Source: Podarcis pityusensis (taxonomy: Eukaryota). Taken from it: a stretch of DNA of 64,000 nucleotides. The notes under the pieces were generated by a model, which was not told where the DNA came from, did not search any database, and saw only the letters and a list, made by a program, of their open reading frames with translations. The stretch lies in NCBI GenBank assembly GCA_964106645.2, contig OZ067047.1. One strand, given 5' to 3'. Within the stretch, counting starts at the first letter, position 1. Every line of letters starts with the position of its first letter. Below, one piece after another: positions 24,644-37,157 of this stretch. The position numbers and the translations under genes are program-made.

Positions 24644-25676
24644 GTTGTTGTTGTTTAGTCGTGTCCGACTCTTCGTGACCCCATGGACCAGAGCACGCCA
24701 GGCACTCCTGTCTTCCACTGCCTCCCGCAGTTTGGTCAGACTCACGTTTGTAGCTTCGAGAACATTGTCCAACCATCTCGTCCTCTGTCGTCCCCTTCTC
24801 CTTGTGCCCTCAATCTTTCCCAACATCAGGGTCTTTTCCAGGGAGTCTTCTCTTCTCGTGAGGTGGCCAAAGTATTGGAGCCTCAGCTTCAGGATCTGTC
24901 CTTCCAGTGAGCCCTCAGGGCTGATTTCCTTAAGAATGGATACGTTTGATCTTCTTGCAGTCCATGGGACTCTCAAGAGTCTCCTCCAGCACCATAATTC
25001 AAAAGCATCAATTCTTTGGCGATCAGCCTTCTTTATGGTCCAGCTCTCACTTCCATACATCACTACTGGGGAAACCATGGCTTTTACTATACGGACCTTT
25101 GTTGGCAAGGTGATGTCTCTGCTTTTTAAGACGTTGTCTATGATGGTCATCCGAACTGAATTCGCCTATTCCCGTCCATTTTAGTTCACTGATGCCCAGG
25201 ATGTCAATATTTATTCTTGCCATCTCATTTTTGACCACATCCAACTTACCAAGGTTCATGGTTCTTACATTCCAGGTTCCTATGCAATATTTTTCTTTAC
25301 AGCATTGGACTTTCCTTTCGCTTCCAGGCATATCTGCAACTGAGCGTCCTTTCGGCTTTGGCCCAGCCGCTTCATCAGCTCTGAATCTACTTGTACTTGT
25401 CCTCCGCTCTTCCTCAGTAGCATGTTGGACGCCTTCCGACCTGAGGGGCTCATCTTCCAGCGTCATAACTTTTATATGCCTGTTGTCTTTGTCCATGGAG
25501 TTTTCTTGGCAGGGATACTGGAGTGGCTTGCCGGTTCCTGCTCCAGGTGGATCACGTTTGGTCAAAACTCTCCACTATGACCTGTCCATCTTGGGTGGCC
25601 CTGCACGGCATAGCTCATAGCTTCTCTGAGTTATTCAAGCCCCTTCGCCACGGCAAGGCAGTGATCCATGAAGGGG
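24644..25676 (-). mobile_element. Bov-B LINE derivative, internally deleted (5' end and start of endonuclease fused to ORF C-terminus)
   Basis: IGTWNVRTMNLGKLDVVKNEMARINIDILGISELKWTGIGEFSSDDH joins at about 25140 to DNVLKSRDITLPTKVRIVKAMV...WRALVHGVTKSRTRL; (CAA)n tail; 10-bp TSD AGAACAAGTT (24634-24643, 25677-25686). Confidence 0.93.
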
Positions 25677-25889
25677 AGAACAAGTTAACACTATTCAAAA
25701 AGGCTTGCAGAAGCTTGTCTTCAGGACTTGTAAATGAAGATACCCATTTTGGTAAAGAAAGAATAGATTTTTCCCAAGCTTTTTAAAAGTGTAACATTTT
25801 TGAGGCACACTCCAATGTCTCGAGACAGACAGATGCCAACAACCTGGTCACCATGTTGTTCAGCTTATATCTTTCTCATGCCCTAAAAT

Positions 25890-26000
25890 TGCATCTGCAG
25901 TGTGGGGGTAATAATACTCTAGCTTTGTGGGTTGTTGAAAAGATTACTGAGATAATGTGAAGGGCTTTAGGCACTTGAAATGACTGTATAAATGCTATGC
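25890..26000 (+). mobile_element. MIR/CORE-SINE remnant
   Basis: catctgcagtgtgggggtaataata...gggttgttgaaaagatt...gagataatgtgaagggctttagg resembles the MIR core and 3' region. Similar minus-strand remnants lie near 6700-6870 and 20340-20520. Confidence 0.55.
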
Positions 26001-28621
26001 TGTTGTTCTATAGTACAATCCCAGTAAAAATATTAGATTTCCCTCAATTTCCCATGAACTGCATCAGAAAAATTATTACCTTGTTTCCTTGACTTTGAGA
26101 GCTCCTGGCTGTTGTTAGCAGGTTCTTTATGGGAGGGAGGTGGTACCACCTCCACACAGCCCTTGGGTTATGATAGTGATGGGAGTGATGCTATATCCTT
26201 TCCACTGAAATGGCTCACTGTCCATTACTGTTCCCTTCCTGTGGCCAGACTTTGTGCAACAAAGCACCGCCATGCGCAGCTGAGGCTCTCTTCTTTGTCT
26301 TGGCCTTGCCTGTTTCCATTAAGGATGCTCTTGCAAGCCTCTCTGGGCGCCCAGCTCTGCTACCAACTCCCCTCTTCACACCTGTTTCACCTATTTGAAC
26401 AGTATTCTGGAATTGATCAGTCACCCTCCCAGAAAGTGACAGCTAGATGTAAAGAGAACAAGGACATTTCACTACCTGTAAATAGCAAAAAGAAGAGCTA
26501 AATATGCAACCTTGAGAGTTGATTCATAGCACCATTTTTGGCGCAATTAACAGCTTAAGTGTTTTTAAGGCAGTGCTTGATTGATCAGATGGACAGAATG
26601 CAAATGTGGCTTCCCACATTTAAACAGTATTTTCCTATAGCACCTAATGGGGCCGCGTTAAGTATTTGAAGGAAGATAATCTCTGTTACCCTGCTGCTAC
26701 CCACAGACGGAACACTAATAACAGATTAATAGTAATAATTCTGTGTTTAAATCTTCAGATTATAGTGTTCATCCCATATACCAGCATTTGGTCTTTTGTG
26801 CAATTCTAAACGTTAATAATACATACTGTATGATTACATATAAACAAATGTTTTAAGAGACGATGCTGTTATCCAAATGAAAAAATAATAATATTTGGGT
26901 TAAGAAACTGAAGGTGTAAATATTACCCCTTTTGCTCATAAATAGTATATCACAAGCCACAGGACAAACCTTGATTATATTTTATGGTTTGCCAGGAAAT
27001 AGCTGAAACACAAACCCAGTTTCAGACAACATGCTAAACCAAACCATGGCTTACCTCAGCTCAGCAGCCGAACAGCTATTTCAGAGCAAAGTGGCCTCCA
27101 TTTCCTCTCTAGACGCCTGGCTTAGTGTGACATGTGAATCAGGCCATTGAGCTTTCTGTGATGCCCTTGGAAGGATACAGTGGTTCTGAATCTCAGCACT
27201 GGGCAAATTCAGCTACTGTGGATTACTCACATGTGTTCTTTAAGCAGTATAGAGGTTTCTTCATATATATCTCAAGACTGTTTAGGTGTTACTCTATGCA
27301 CTTTGAAAAGCCACTGCCAGTTCGCTTTTCAGCAAACCTGCAGGTTTCATGCTATTGCCTACATGGCAGTCTTCTCTCTTTTTTAAATTCATTTTTAGGA
27401 CTTGTGTGCACTGTGCTGATAAAACTATAGCATATGTCAGCAAAAAATGCATATTTATTTCAGGGAGAGAGTATTTGTGAGGGATTTGGTACTGAAGGAG
27501 CCTGCAAGTATAGAGTGGCGAGTTTATGCTTGAGATTGATATGCACATATCCAAATATTCCAATATTAAGGTCAGTAGCAGTCATTCTGGAACTGAAGCC
27601 AAAGCAGCTATTATTTTAGAAGTGTTCTGGACTTCTAACCCTAGTCAAATTTAAAGCATGAAGGAAGGCCTGTGTATCATGTTCAGCTAAAGATATTTGA
27701 AGCAGAAAAAAATTGGGATGAGTAACTTGAGGAAATTTTATAAGTAGCACAGCAACAGCACAGTACAAGGCCTGAGCCTTTGTAAGACAGGTAGGCTTGA
27801 CCTTTGAAATGGAAATTGCAAAGCCAGTGGCTTTGCTAAATAAGGAAATTAATGGGTTTAGAGTAATTGGAAACTACATGATTATCTGTATTATGACCAC
27901 TTAAATCTCATTTGGATAATTAGACCCACATATATTATAACTTTGTGGTTAATGGGAATAAAAAGGCTTTTAATATATGGCAAAAGTAGACATTCTCACA
28001 CCCTACAGAAGCCCAATTTTGGTTATATCCTTTTCTTTGTAACTCTTAGGAAATAATATGTAACCTCTATAACTGATGCTTTTAAAAGGTTACACTATTT
28101 CAATTATTATCTGATTGAACATTTTTTCTCTTTAAATTATTTTTACTCTGAGCATTCCTTATAAGTTATGTATCTGTTTTTCAAATTTGATTATACCTTT
28201 TTATCTTAGTAAAACTATTTTAGGTGTCATCTAAGACTGTGTATCTTGACCTGAGATATGTGACTGAGAGGCAATCCAGGGGGAAATATAAATTAGAACC
28301 AGACATAGTGATTTCTGGGCTTAGGAACAATTTATTTCACATGCAAATATTTCTCTAGGGTACATGGGTTTGCTCATTTCTTGGTTTAGTAACTCTGTCC
28401 TTCATTACTTGCTTGAGTCATTACTTAAACTCTTTCCTTGTTGAATTTCACACTAAAAAATAGAAGTAGTCAAAGTTGGCCTTATATTGGTCTTTGAATT
28501 ATTGTGGAGGACCTTGAGCTTCTTGTTTGTTGGGCATTGTAAGTTCAGTGCTGAGATCATGGGAATGCGTAACTGAGTTTGAGACTGGGGAATTATTTTA
28601 TTTATTCTGTTTTTAAAAGTA

Positions 28622-29152
28622 CCGTATTTTTCGCTCTATAGGACACACTTTTTCCCCTCTAAAAATTAAGGGGAAATGTGTGTGCGTCCTATGGAGCGAA
28701 TGCAGGCTCCTTGGCTTCAGCGATAGCAGCGCGAAGCCTCCGAAGCGCAAAGGGAGCGCTCCCTCTGCGCTCCGGAGGCTTTGCGTTGCTTTTGCTGAAG
28801 CCTGGAGAGCGAGAGGGGTCGGTGCGCACCGACCGCTCTCGCTCTCCAGGCTTCAGGGATAGCCGCCTGAAGCCTTTGGAGCACAGCGGGACCTCGCGCT
28901 GCACTCCGAAGGCTTCAGGTTCCTTTTGCTGAAGCTGGGAGAGCAAGACTCTCCTGGCTTCAGCAGAGAGGGAGAGCTACGCAGCGCCCCTTCAGCGAAG
29001 CGGGAGGAGAAATGGAACGGGCTCCGTTTCTCCTGCCACTTCGCTGAAGGGGCACTGAGCAGAGAGGGGGAGATTTTTTTTTTTCTTGTTCTCCACCTCT
29101 AAAACAAGGTGCGTCCTATGGTCGGTTGCGTCCTATAGAGCGAAAAATACGG
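28622..29152. mobile_element. Non-autonomous Tc1/mariner (pogo/Tigger-like) element
   Basis: TIRs CCGTATTTTTCGCTCTATAGGAC...GTCCTATAGAGCGAAAAATACGG; TA TSD; GC-rich palindromic interior. Confidence 0.9.
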
Positions 29153-29198
29153 TATGTACCACTCATGTAAAATAGTGAGGCAGTGTACAACACAAAAT

Positions 29199-29535
29199 GG
29201 GACGCAGGTGGCACTGTGGTTTAAACCATAGAGCCTAGGACTTGCCGATCAGAAGGTCGGCGGTTCGAATCCCCCGCAACGGCGTGAGCTTCCGTTGCTC
29301 GGTCCCTGCTCCTGCCAACCTAGCAGTTTGAAAGCACGTCAAAGTGCAAGTAGGTAAATAGGTAAATGGCATTGCCGTGTGCTGCTCTGGTTCGCCAGAA
29401 GCGGCTTAGTCATGCTGGCCACATGACCTGGAAGCTGTACTCCGGCTTCCTTGGCCAGTAAAGCGAGATGAGCGCCACAACCCCAGAGTCGGCCACGACT
29501 GGACCTAATGGTCAGGGGTCCCTTTACCTTTACCT
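29199..29535 (+). mobile_element. Sauria SINE
   Basis: Same consensus as 14120-14471; 13-bp TSD TACAACACAAAAT (29186-29198, 29536-29548). Confidence 0.93.
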
Positions 29536-32500
29536 TACAACACAAAATATTCTAAAAAACAGAAAAAACCACAAGATCATTGCAGAATTCTCTAGCTTAT
29601 TTCCTCCCAGGATCCTTTGGATTATTTTTGGGATATAGCAAATAGATCTCAGGGAGAAGGCTGATGATACTGATCTGTGACCATGAAAGTGAAGAAGATA
29701 CAGATTCTCAGTATTTATACCAGGCCAATCCAAACCAGATGCTTCAGATTACTTGACAGTTGCAGGGACAATTCTTAATGTTTCCTTTGGTCCCTGGAGG
29801 AGATTTGAGAACTGAGTGCCCACAGTCTCATTTCCTCACCAGACTAGGTCTCAATCTCAGTCTTTGAGGTTCTTGGTGTCAAAACCAAATACCTGCTAGG
29901 AATAATTGGGGCATAAGTTAAAACCTCACATTCTACCCAAATGCAGCAAGGTTTTGTTGCCTTTCTTTAATGTTCTTAAAATGTAATATTCTGTTTGGCC
30001 TCTATCCCTGTCACCCTGTCCAAATGTGTAGATATGCAATCTTCACTTCCAGTTTCGGGGATTGGTTGTATGGAGACTGGGAAGCCATGAAAATGAAAGA
30101 CTCAGATCATCGTTTGTACACCCACCCATTGCAAAGTGGCAGGAGGGACCAAAAGCGTTATCAGGGTACAGGACACTTTCCTACTAAGCAGAGCTGATGG
30201 TACCTTGCAGTGTACAATTTGGCAGCGGAAACGGTTATGACAAAAGAGAGGGGAGGTTTATGAGAGGCATGGATAATGCTGGGGGGATTACATTTTTTGA
30301 AGCGCTTCACTTCTTGTCCATTGACAGACAAGAGTGTCCTGATAGAAAATATCCCTATTGCATCCCACAGAAGCCTCTTCACTGAAGTCCTTTTTATAGC
30401 TTGTATTATGCCGCTTACTTGCTGCTTTCTACCACCTGCCAGCTCAACACCTGCTCCGTTCTGATGTCATGCATCTGAACAATGTGTCCTTCCCAGCTGA
30501 GTGTCGATTATGACGACCTCTGTGTTTACACGGTTAGCGCTCTTCAACTACATTGTCGGTGATCTTGTCCTGCCACCTAATACAAAATAAATAAGGCAGG
30601 TGTCTTTAATGAAAACTCTTCAGCTGTCTAATAGGTCTCTGAGTGCTTATGCTTCCAGTTGATAGATTGGGTTTAAAACAAAAACGAAGAACGATGGTGG
30701 CCTTCATCTTCCCTGCGAAGCTTAATGACCTGTTTTTTGTTAGTTCAACTAAAAAGCACTTTTGCTGTTTACGTGAGGATGGTTGTCTCAACAAACATTT
30801 TGAGGTTGTAAATCCAAAGGGGTGGAGAAAATTGGGGAACTTCACATTTGGAACAAATAAATGATTCTGATTCAAAGGAGAGCATAGCTTTGAATATTGT
30901 GAATGTGTCTGGAGGGAGAAGAGGGAAGGTGTTGTAAATATAAATTTTCTGTCACTGGTTTCTGTGATCTCACATAGAATAAATTGGCAAAATGAGCCTC
31001 TCAGTTCAGTAACACAGCCTAATTTATGTAAATTCTCTTCAGAATAGGCATTAACCTTGATCCTTACTTCCTCTGTTCTGCTTTAAATCTTGCCTTTGAT
31101 ACAGTAATTGTAATAAAAACAGAATATTCCATGATTAATTGCCTTTTCCCTTACTCACTTTCATTTCTCTTTCCAATATATTGAGAAACGTGTTATTGAT
31201 ATCCCTCCACCACAGCATTTGGCAATCATTAAGCAGTGGTATTTGTTTAACAAAATTTATGTGACTTTAAAATAGACAGAATAGACCGAGTATTTAGTTT
31301 TTAAGCTTCAAAAATCGGCTAGAACACAATAAAAATGTATTAAAATGCCATAAAATACTCATTCCCAGCCAAGTTATACCATAGAATCAGCAAGATAAAT
31401 TCCATAATAACCTATTATACTCTCTAATTCACATGGATATTTGGTGTTGCTAATGCATAAGAGGTAGTGCAGGGTAATCTTGTTAACCATGCCCCATGAT
31501 AAATCAGAAATATATTGAGAGAGAGAGAGAGACTGAGAGACACACACAAAAATTTCAGAATTATGTTCGTTTGGAGAAAAGGTGTGTTGTGATTGTGAAA
31601 TTTGTTTTTGTTTTGACCCGCTTACATATGGAGAGACGCTAAGCAAGATGAGATGCCTACAGTGTTTTAGAAAGGGCTGCTTGTTACTGGACAGAACAGT
31701 GTCCTTCCACAATAGCAAAAGTAAATATCTTTGATAGTCATAAATATTCAAAACTAGATTGCTTGAACATGCTGCAAAGATCAAGTAACTGGAAGACATA
31801 ATAAACAGAAGTACTAAATAAATGGCCCCGGAAATGACTGTGTTGAGACAACAGGGGTCACTGTCTTCTGTGATGTCATGACCAGAGCCTGAGTCAGAAA
31901 CTAAACTCTAAATGCAATGTTTATGCAACTCAAGAATCGGTTTTTTAGCTGCTGACCCTTTCTCTTTTGTGGTTTTGCACTGATTTCATGGAATTGTGAT
32001 TTTATATATTGTAAGTATCTTTGACTAGAGGTTTGGAATATAAATGCTCTAAATAAACAAAGAAACAAATAAATTATTGACTATATCTGTTTACATAAAA
32101 GGCAGGCTTTAGCTTGTGTGATAAAGGGTCTGTATTTCAGTTTGATATTGTAAGTGCGGGTTTAGCCTTTTCTTGAATTTATATCTGCCTTAACATAATT
32201 ATAAATAAAAAGGGGCATATGTTAAACAGCTCTCGATTCAAATTTTAAACATCTGATTTATTAAAATGATCTCTAACCACTGCTGAAATTGCTGTACTTG
32301 CACGGAAGTGCTCACTTTCAAGACTTATATGAGGAAGAACTGACGTCTGTCAACCTTGATGGTTATTGTTGGAACCTGAGAGATGTGTTCCTCCCCCCCC
32401 CCCCCCGACTTTAATTTTGCTAGTGAGGAAGGAAATTCAATAGTGAGAGGGAAATGTGCAGAAAGTGTGTGCTGTGCTGAAAGCTACCATTTATAGAAAA

Positions 32501-32688
32501 ATATTAAAAGCAAAGATAGTAAGGTTTTAACTATTGTTGTTGGTAGCATTGTAAACAGGATGGGATTCAATGTATGTGTACAGCTAACCTCTTATTTGTG
32601 TGATTGTTTATTTTACAATAACCTAGGCTTTTTGTGGGGCTTGCTTTGATAGTCTTGGAAGCTTCATCTTTATGTGTTTTGTAGTATA

Positions 32689-32872
32689 AAAGGTAAAAGT
32701 AAAGGGACCCCTGACCATCCTACTTGCACTTTGACGTGCTTTTGAACTGCTAGGTTGGCAGGAGCAGGGACTGAGCAACGGGAGCTCACCCCGTCGCAGG
32801 GATTCAAACTGCCGAGCTTCTGATCGGCAAGTCCTAAGCTCTGTGGTTTAACCCACAGCGCCACCCGCGTCC
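32689..32872 (-). mobile_element. Sauria SINE with about 170-bp internal deletion
   Basis: Head and tail both present; the centre between tgaccat and ctacttgcac is missing relative to 38077-38429; TSD AGTATA (32683-32688, 32873-32878). Confidence 0.88.
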
Positions 32873-32888
32873 AGTATATATTAGTTCC

Positions 32889-33080
32889 AGGGATGGTAGC
32901 TCAGTGGCATGCATAAGTTCTCCGATTCAATCGCTGGCATCTCCAGTTAAAAGGGTCAGATAGCAGTTGGTGGGAGAAATCTCTGCCTGAAACTCTGGAG
33001 AATTGCTTCCAGTCAAAGCAGACAGTACTGGGTTACATGGACAAAAGTTTGATCTGGTATAAGGCAGCTTCCTATATCCT
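32889..33080 (+). mobile_element. tRNA-derived SINE with CR1-like tail
   Basis: gggatggtagctcagtgg...gattcaatcgctggcatctcca head; ends ggtataaggcagcttcctatatcct. Confidence 0.65.
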
Positions 33081-34134
33081 CCATATATTCAGTACCACAT
33101 TTCTAGTGAATGATAAGATCCAACAGTCCAAAGGTGAATCAACTTGTCTGACAATTGGAGGGTACCTAAAATCTCTTCCTCATAACAAATGACAGATATT
33201 GAGACAGGTGCTCCTTCACAGACCTCAAGTGACAATGTTGCTTCTAGAGGTACGCTCCCAACCTGTATATTTTCATTCTTAATGGGAACTAACTACCCAC
33301 AGTCTGAATATCTTAAATAGAACCACATAACTCATCATTCTCCAAACATATTTATAAATGCATTGATTTAACACCATAGGTATTCTTTTCCTGTTTCTTC
33401 AGAAAAAAATGAGATATGCAAAGAATTGCTATATAAATATAGCAGTTTTCTGCTTGGTTTTTTAAAATAGTATAATTGTTAAAATCAAAAAAGGGGGAAA
33501 ATATTGGAAGTTTCAGACAAAACTCATTTCTTTTTGGAGTGTCTCTTTAAAACTCAGAAGTGTCCAAATTAAACAAATTCTTGTTTTTCTGCATGTCTTG
33601 TGCACAAACAAAGCGTTTACAGGTGTCTGAAGAATGACTGCCAGGGAATGTGTCCCATATAGCATTCAAGATTTAAATGTGAATTGGTTGCTGCTCTGCA
33701 ACACAATCTTTTCAGATGTGCCCACATGTTGACTATTTTATAGTCAGCAAGTATATAAGTAGATATAAGCACAGCTGGATTCCAGGCCTATAATAAACTG
33801 CTAGACTGAAGTTTCAGTGAATATTCATATGTATTTCTACTTTATTGTTCCATACTTTATATTCTTTGCATGAATTTTGCCTTAGTTACATGGTGGGGAA
33901 AATAACCACATTACTACATCCGGAAGTGCAAATTAAAATAGCATCAAGCAACCTTGTGATTGAGCAAGGAGGAGGGAGAAAGCTTTGCAATAAGTGTTTC
34001 AGGGCTATATTCCTGAAAGACATACTTTACTAAGGCCATGCTGCTTTTTTTTTTGCTATTTTTGTTCTGCTAGCCATTATGAACATTTCACATGTTCTAC
34101 AGAAGCGCTCAGGAAAGAGAACATGAACAAAGTA

Positions 34135-34560
34135 CCGTATTTTTCGCTCTATTGGACGCAGTTTTCCCCCTCCAATTATGATTTGAGTCATAATTGGAAT
34201 GTCAGTGCAGTGGAGAGAGTGGACGACTGCAGCTTCGGGGGTGAAGTGTTGGAGAGTTACAACGCCTGTTGTAGCTGAGAGACCAATACGTGAGAGACAT
34301 GTTTTGTTACAGCTAGGACAGATAAATGTGTCCTGTAATGCTCATGCAGGTATACCATGGAGTTTGTTCTTTCTGCACTCCTCCCAGCTGTCATTCCTCC
34401 TCTGGTAACTGACTCGTGTGAGTGAAAAGCTACATAGAAATTGAATGAATGAATGAATGACTCCCTCCAGACACGATGGTCATCTGCAAGGGATTTCCAC
34501 GTGACGGGATTAATGTCACACTTGCAGACATCTTTGTAAGGCACAGTTGGTCTGGAAATA
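34135..34560 (-). mobile_element. Lone pogo-like TIR (34135-34172) abutting a degenerate RTE-clade LINE 3' fragment
   Basis: ta|ccgtatttttcgctctattggacgca is the same TIR as 28622. Minus-strand RPTVPYKDVCKCDINPVTWKSLADDHRVWR resembles an RTE ORF C-terminus. Confidence 0.6.
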
Positions 34561-34908
34561 AGGGGTAAAGTCACAAACTCAGTTTGTATGGTGCTTTGCA
34601 GAAGTTAGTGGGCATGGCATATGAAGATCAAGTCAATTGAGAAATACAGGAAACGGATGCCTATGGTAGAATTTTAGGAGAGATTTATTGATTTGTTGAC
34701 ATTTAAGATGGAGAAATGCAAAGGTGTAATGTATGCTAGACTTGATGAGCATTTGTAAAGTATTCTTTTTGAAGAGGAATGTGTTCTAAACAGATGGAAT
34801 CCCAACAAACCAAGTAGCACCTGAAGAATAGCAACTGTTGAAATGAAGTGCTGGTTGAGTTTCGTGCCTCTATGTGATAGCAATAACCTGCTTTTGCCAA
34901 TAAAATAA

Positions 34909-34933
34909 AATGGAATGGAATGGAATGGAATGG
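34909..34933. repeat. (GGAAT)n microsatellite
   Basis: aatggaatggaatggaatggaatgg seen directly. Confidence 0.9.
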
Positions 34934-35816
34934 TGGACAACTGATAGCAGATTGCTTTTCAACAGGCTTTCATTTGAGAAGCTATTCTCAATTGTCTTCC
35001 AATTATGTGCTGTGTTTGTGTATTTAAGGAGACGAGGAGGTTAAACTGCTATTAATATTTCATGGCTAATTAGTACAAGCGGGACCAAGAGCTTTACATC
35101 ACGGAAGGTGGTTATTACTTTAGAAGTGGTTGCTATTAATGTGAACCCCCTGCAGAATACATTTGCACCTTAAGAAAGGTCTGGTTCCTGTACCCCTTGC
35201 TCTTGCTGATTGTAACAAGGTTGGCTCACCAAGTCAGTTTTTTCCAGTTTTAAGGAAAAACACCACATGCAGGTATCACTTCCCTAGGGTTTAGGATGGC
35301 ACACACTTCATTAAACTATATAGTCTCAGGCTTGTGGACATTTGGCCTTGACAGAACTTGCATCTTCCAGCATCTTCTTGGTTGTCCGACTTCTGTCATA
35401 ATCTGAACTTCATTTTGGTCAATCTACTTTACACAATGTCTTTCTGCTGCTCTCTGATAAAAAATAATTATTTAATGAGAATTATGCCCAAGTATATCTC
35501 TTTGCACCCAGGAGACTCCCTTGAAAAGGAATTTCATGCCCAGATTGGCAAGTGAAACACAAAATCTTAGTTCAGAGTCCCAACCATGTTCCAGGCCTTA
35601 AAGCATTTATTTGCTCTTGCCTTGTGTGTGTTTCAGGGCCAAACAATTTTGTGGTGGTTGCTGATGAAGAATAGTCCTTGCCAGCATATTTAAAACACTC
35701 TGCAAGTTTGGCTGGAGTGCTTTTCTTCCTATACATGGGAGTAAAATGAAGAGGTAAAAAGTTTTTGTTCGTTTTGAATGCCCTCCCATTAGATGTCAAG
35801 GAAATAAGCAACTATC

Positions 35817-35956
35817 CTATTTTTAAAAGACATCTGAAGGCAGCCCTGTTTAGGGAAGTTTTTAATATTTAATGCTGTATTGTTTTTAATACTCGTTTGA
35901 GAGCTGCCCAGAGTGGCTGGGGAAACTCAGCCAGATGGGCGGGGTATAAATAATAA

Positions 35957-35987
<31 letters not shown>
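35817..35987 (+). mobile_element. L2-type LINE 3' terminus with (ATT)n tail
   Basis: ...gagctgcccagagtggctggggaaactcagccagatgggcggggtataaataataaa(tta)n. Confidence 0.7.
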
Positions 35988-35988
<1 letters not shown>

Positions 35989-36774
35989 GCATTATAAAGT
36001 AATGAAAGCTGTATACATTAAGCATGAAGAGTAAGCAGTGCTAGCAGATGGAATAGACCAGACACAGTAGAGATGTAGGTTCCCACACACTAGGGAAGTA
36101 CACACAGTAATCCTTGTCTTGGAGCTCTTTGTGGATGAAGCCAGGTAGCTTTAGGAGACTAATGCACCAAGAACTACTGCTGCATGCTACCTACACACAT
36201 TTCAGTGAGTGTTGTCCAGAATTGGACCTTAATTCTCATAATATGTAACCTATGATAACTCGTGTCAAAATGTTAGGTGCCTACAGGACTCCTGATGTTT
36301 TGGATGCAACATGCTAATTATCTGGAATTCAGTTTAATTATGTGTCTCTGGCTTCTACAGCTCTGCCTATCTCCATAGAAACGTGCACTTTAACAAGTCA
36401 TATTGGGAATTCTGATGGTTTTGTAATGGTTTGATATAATGCTTCTTCTAGGATTTGGGAGGTCTTAACGAATGCCATAAGCAAATGAACTTTGGTGGGT
36501 GCCTCCTTTAAAAAAAACAACTCTAGGAAAAATGTTTTCTCCTTCAGTTTCTCTTCTATTTTCCATGCATGTAAACAGCATCTTTTAAAATATGATTTTC
36601 CTTAAGAACTGGGTGGATCATTGCCATTTTGCAGTCTGACCTGCAGTTGACCAACCCAAGCAAACTTTGGCTAAGCTGCACTTCAACCAGCAATTTAATT
36701 CTCCAGTTGTCTGTCTGGATCACATTGGTTCTTAATTTCTTCCTCTTTGTTTCTTTTTGGGATAGTCATACATA

Positions 36775-37157
36775 CTGTATTTTTTGCTCTATAGGATGCA
36801 CTTTTTCCCCTCCAAAAATTAAGGGGAAATGTGTGTGCGTCCTATGGAGTGAATGCAGGCTCCTTGGCTTCAGCGATAGCAACGCGAAGCCTCCGGAGGC
36901 TTCGCGTTGCTTTCGCTGAAGCCTCCGGAGCGCAGTGGGAGGTCCCACTGTGCCCCGGAGGCTTCTGGTTCCTTTTGCTGAAGCCAGAGAGGGAGAGCTG
37001 TGCAGTGCCCCTTCAGCGAAGCGGGAGGAGAAATGGAAGGGGCTGCTTCGCTGAAGGGGCGCTGAGCAAAGAGGGGGAGAATTTTTTTTCTTGTTCTCCC
37101 CCTCTAAAACAAGCTGCGTCCTATGGTCGGGTGCGTCCTTCAGAGCGAAAAATACGG
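36775..37157. mobile_element. Second, shorter copy of the pogo/Tigger-like non-autonomous element
   Basis: Same TIRs and TA TSD as 28622-29152, with internal deletions. Confidence 0.88.

Noticed and set aside
24642-25620. Long + strand ORFs (180 aa, 142 aa)
   Set aside because: Antisense shadows of the Bov-B reading frame.
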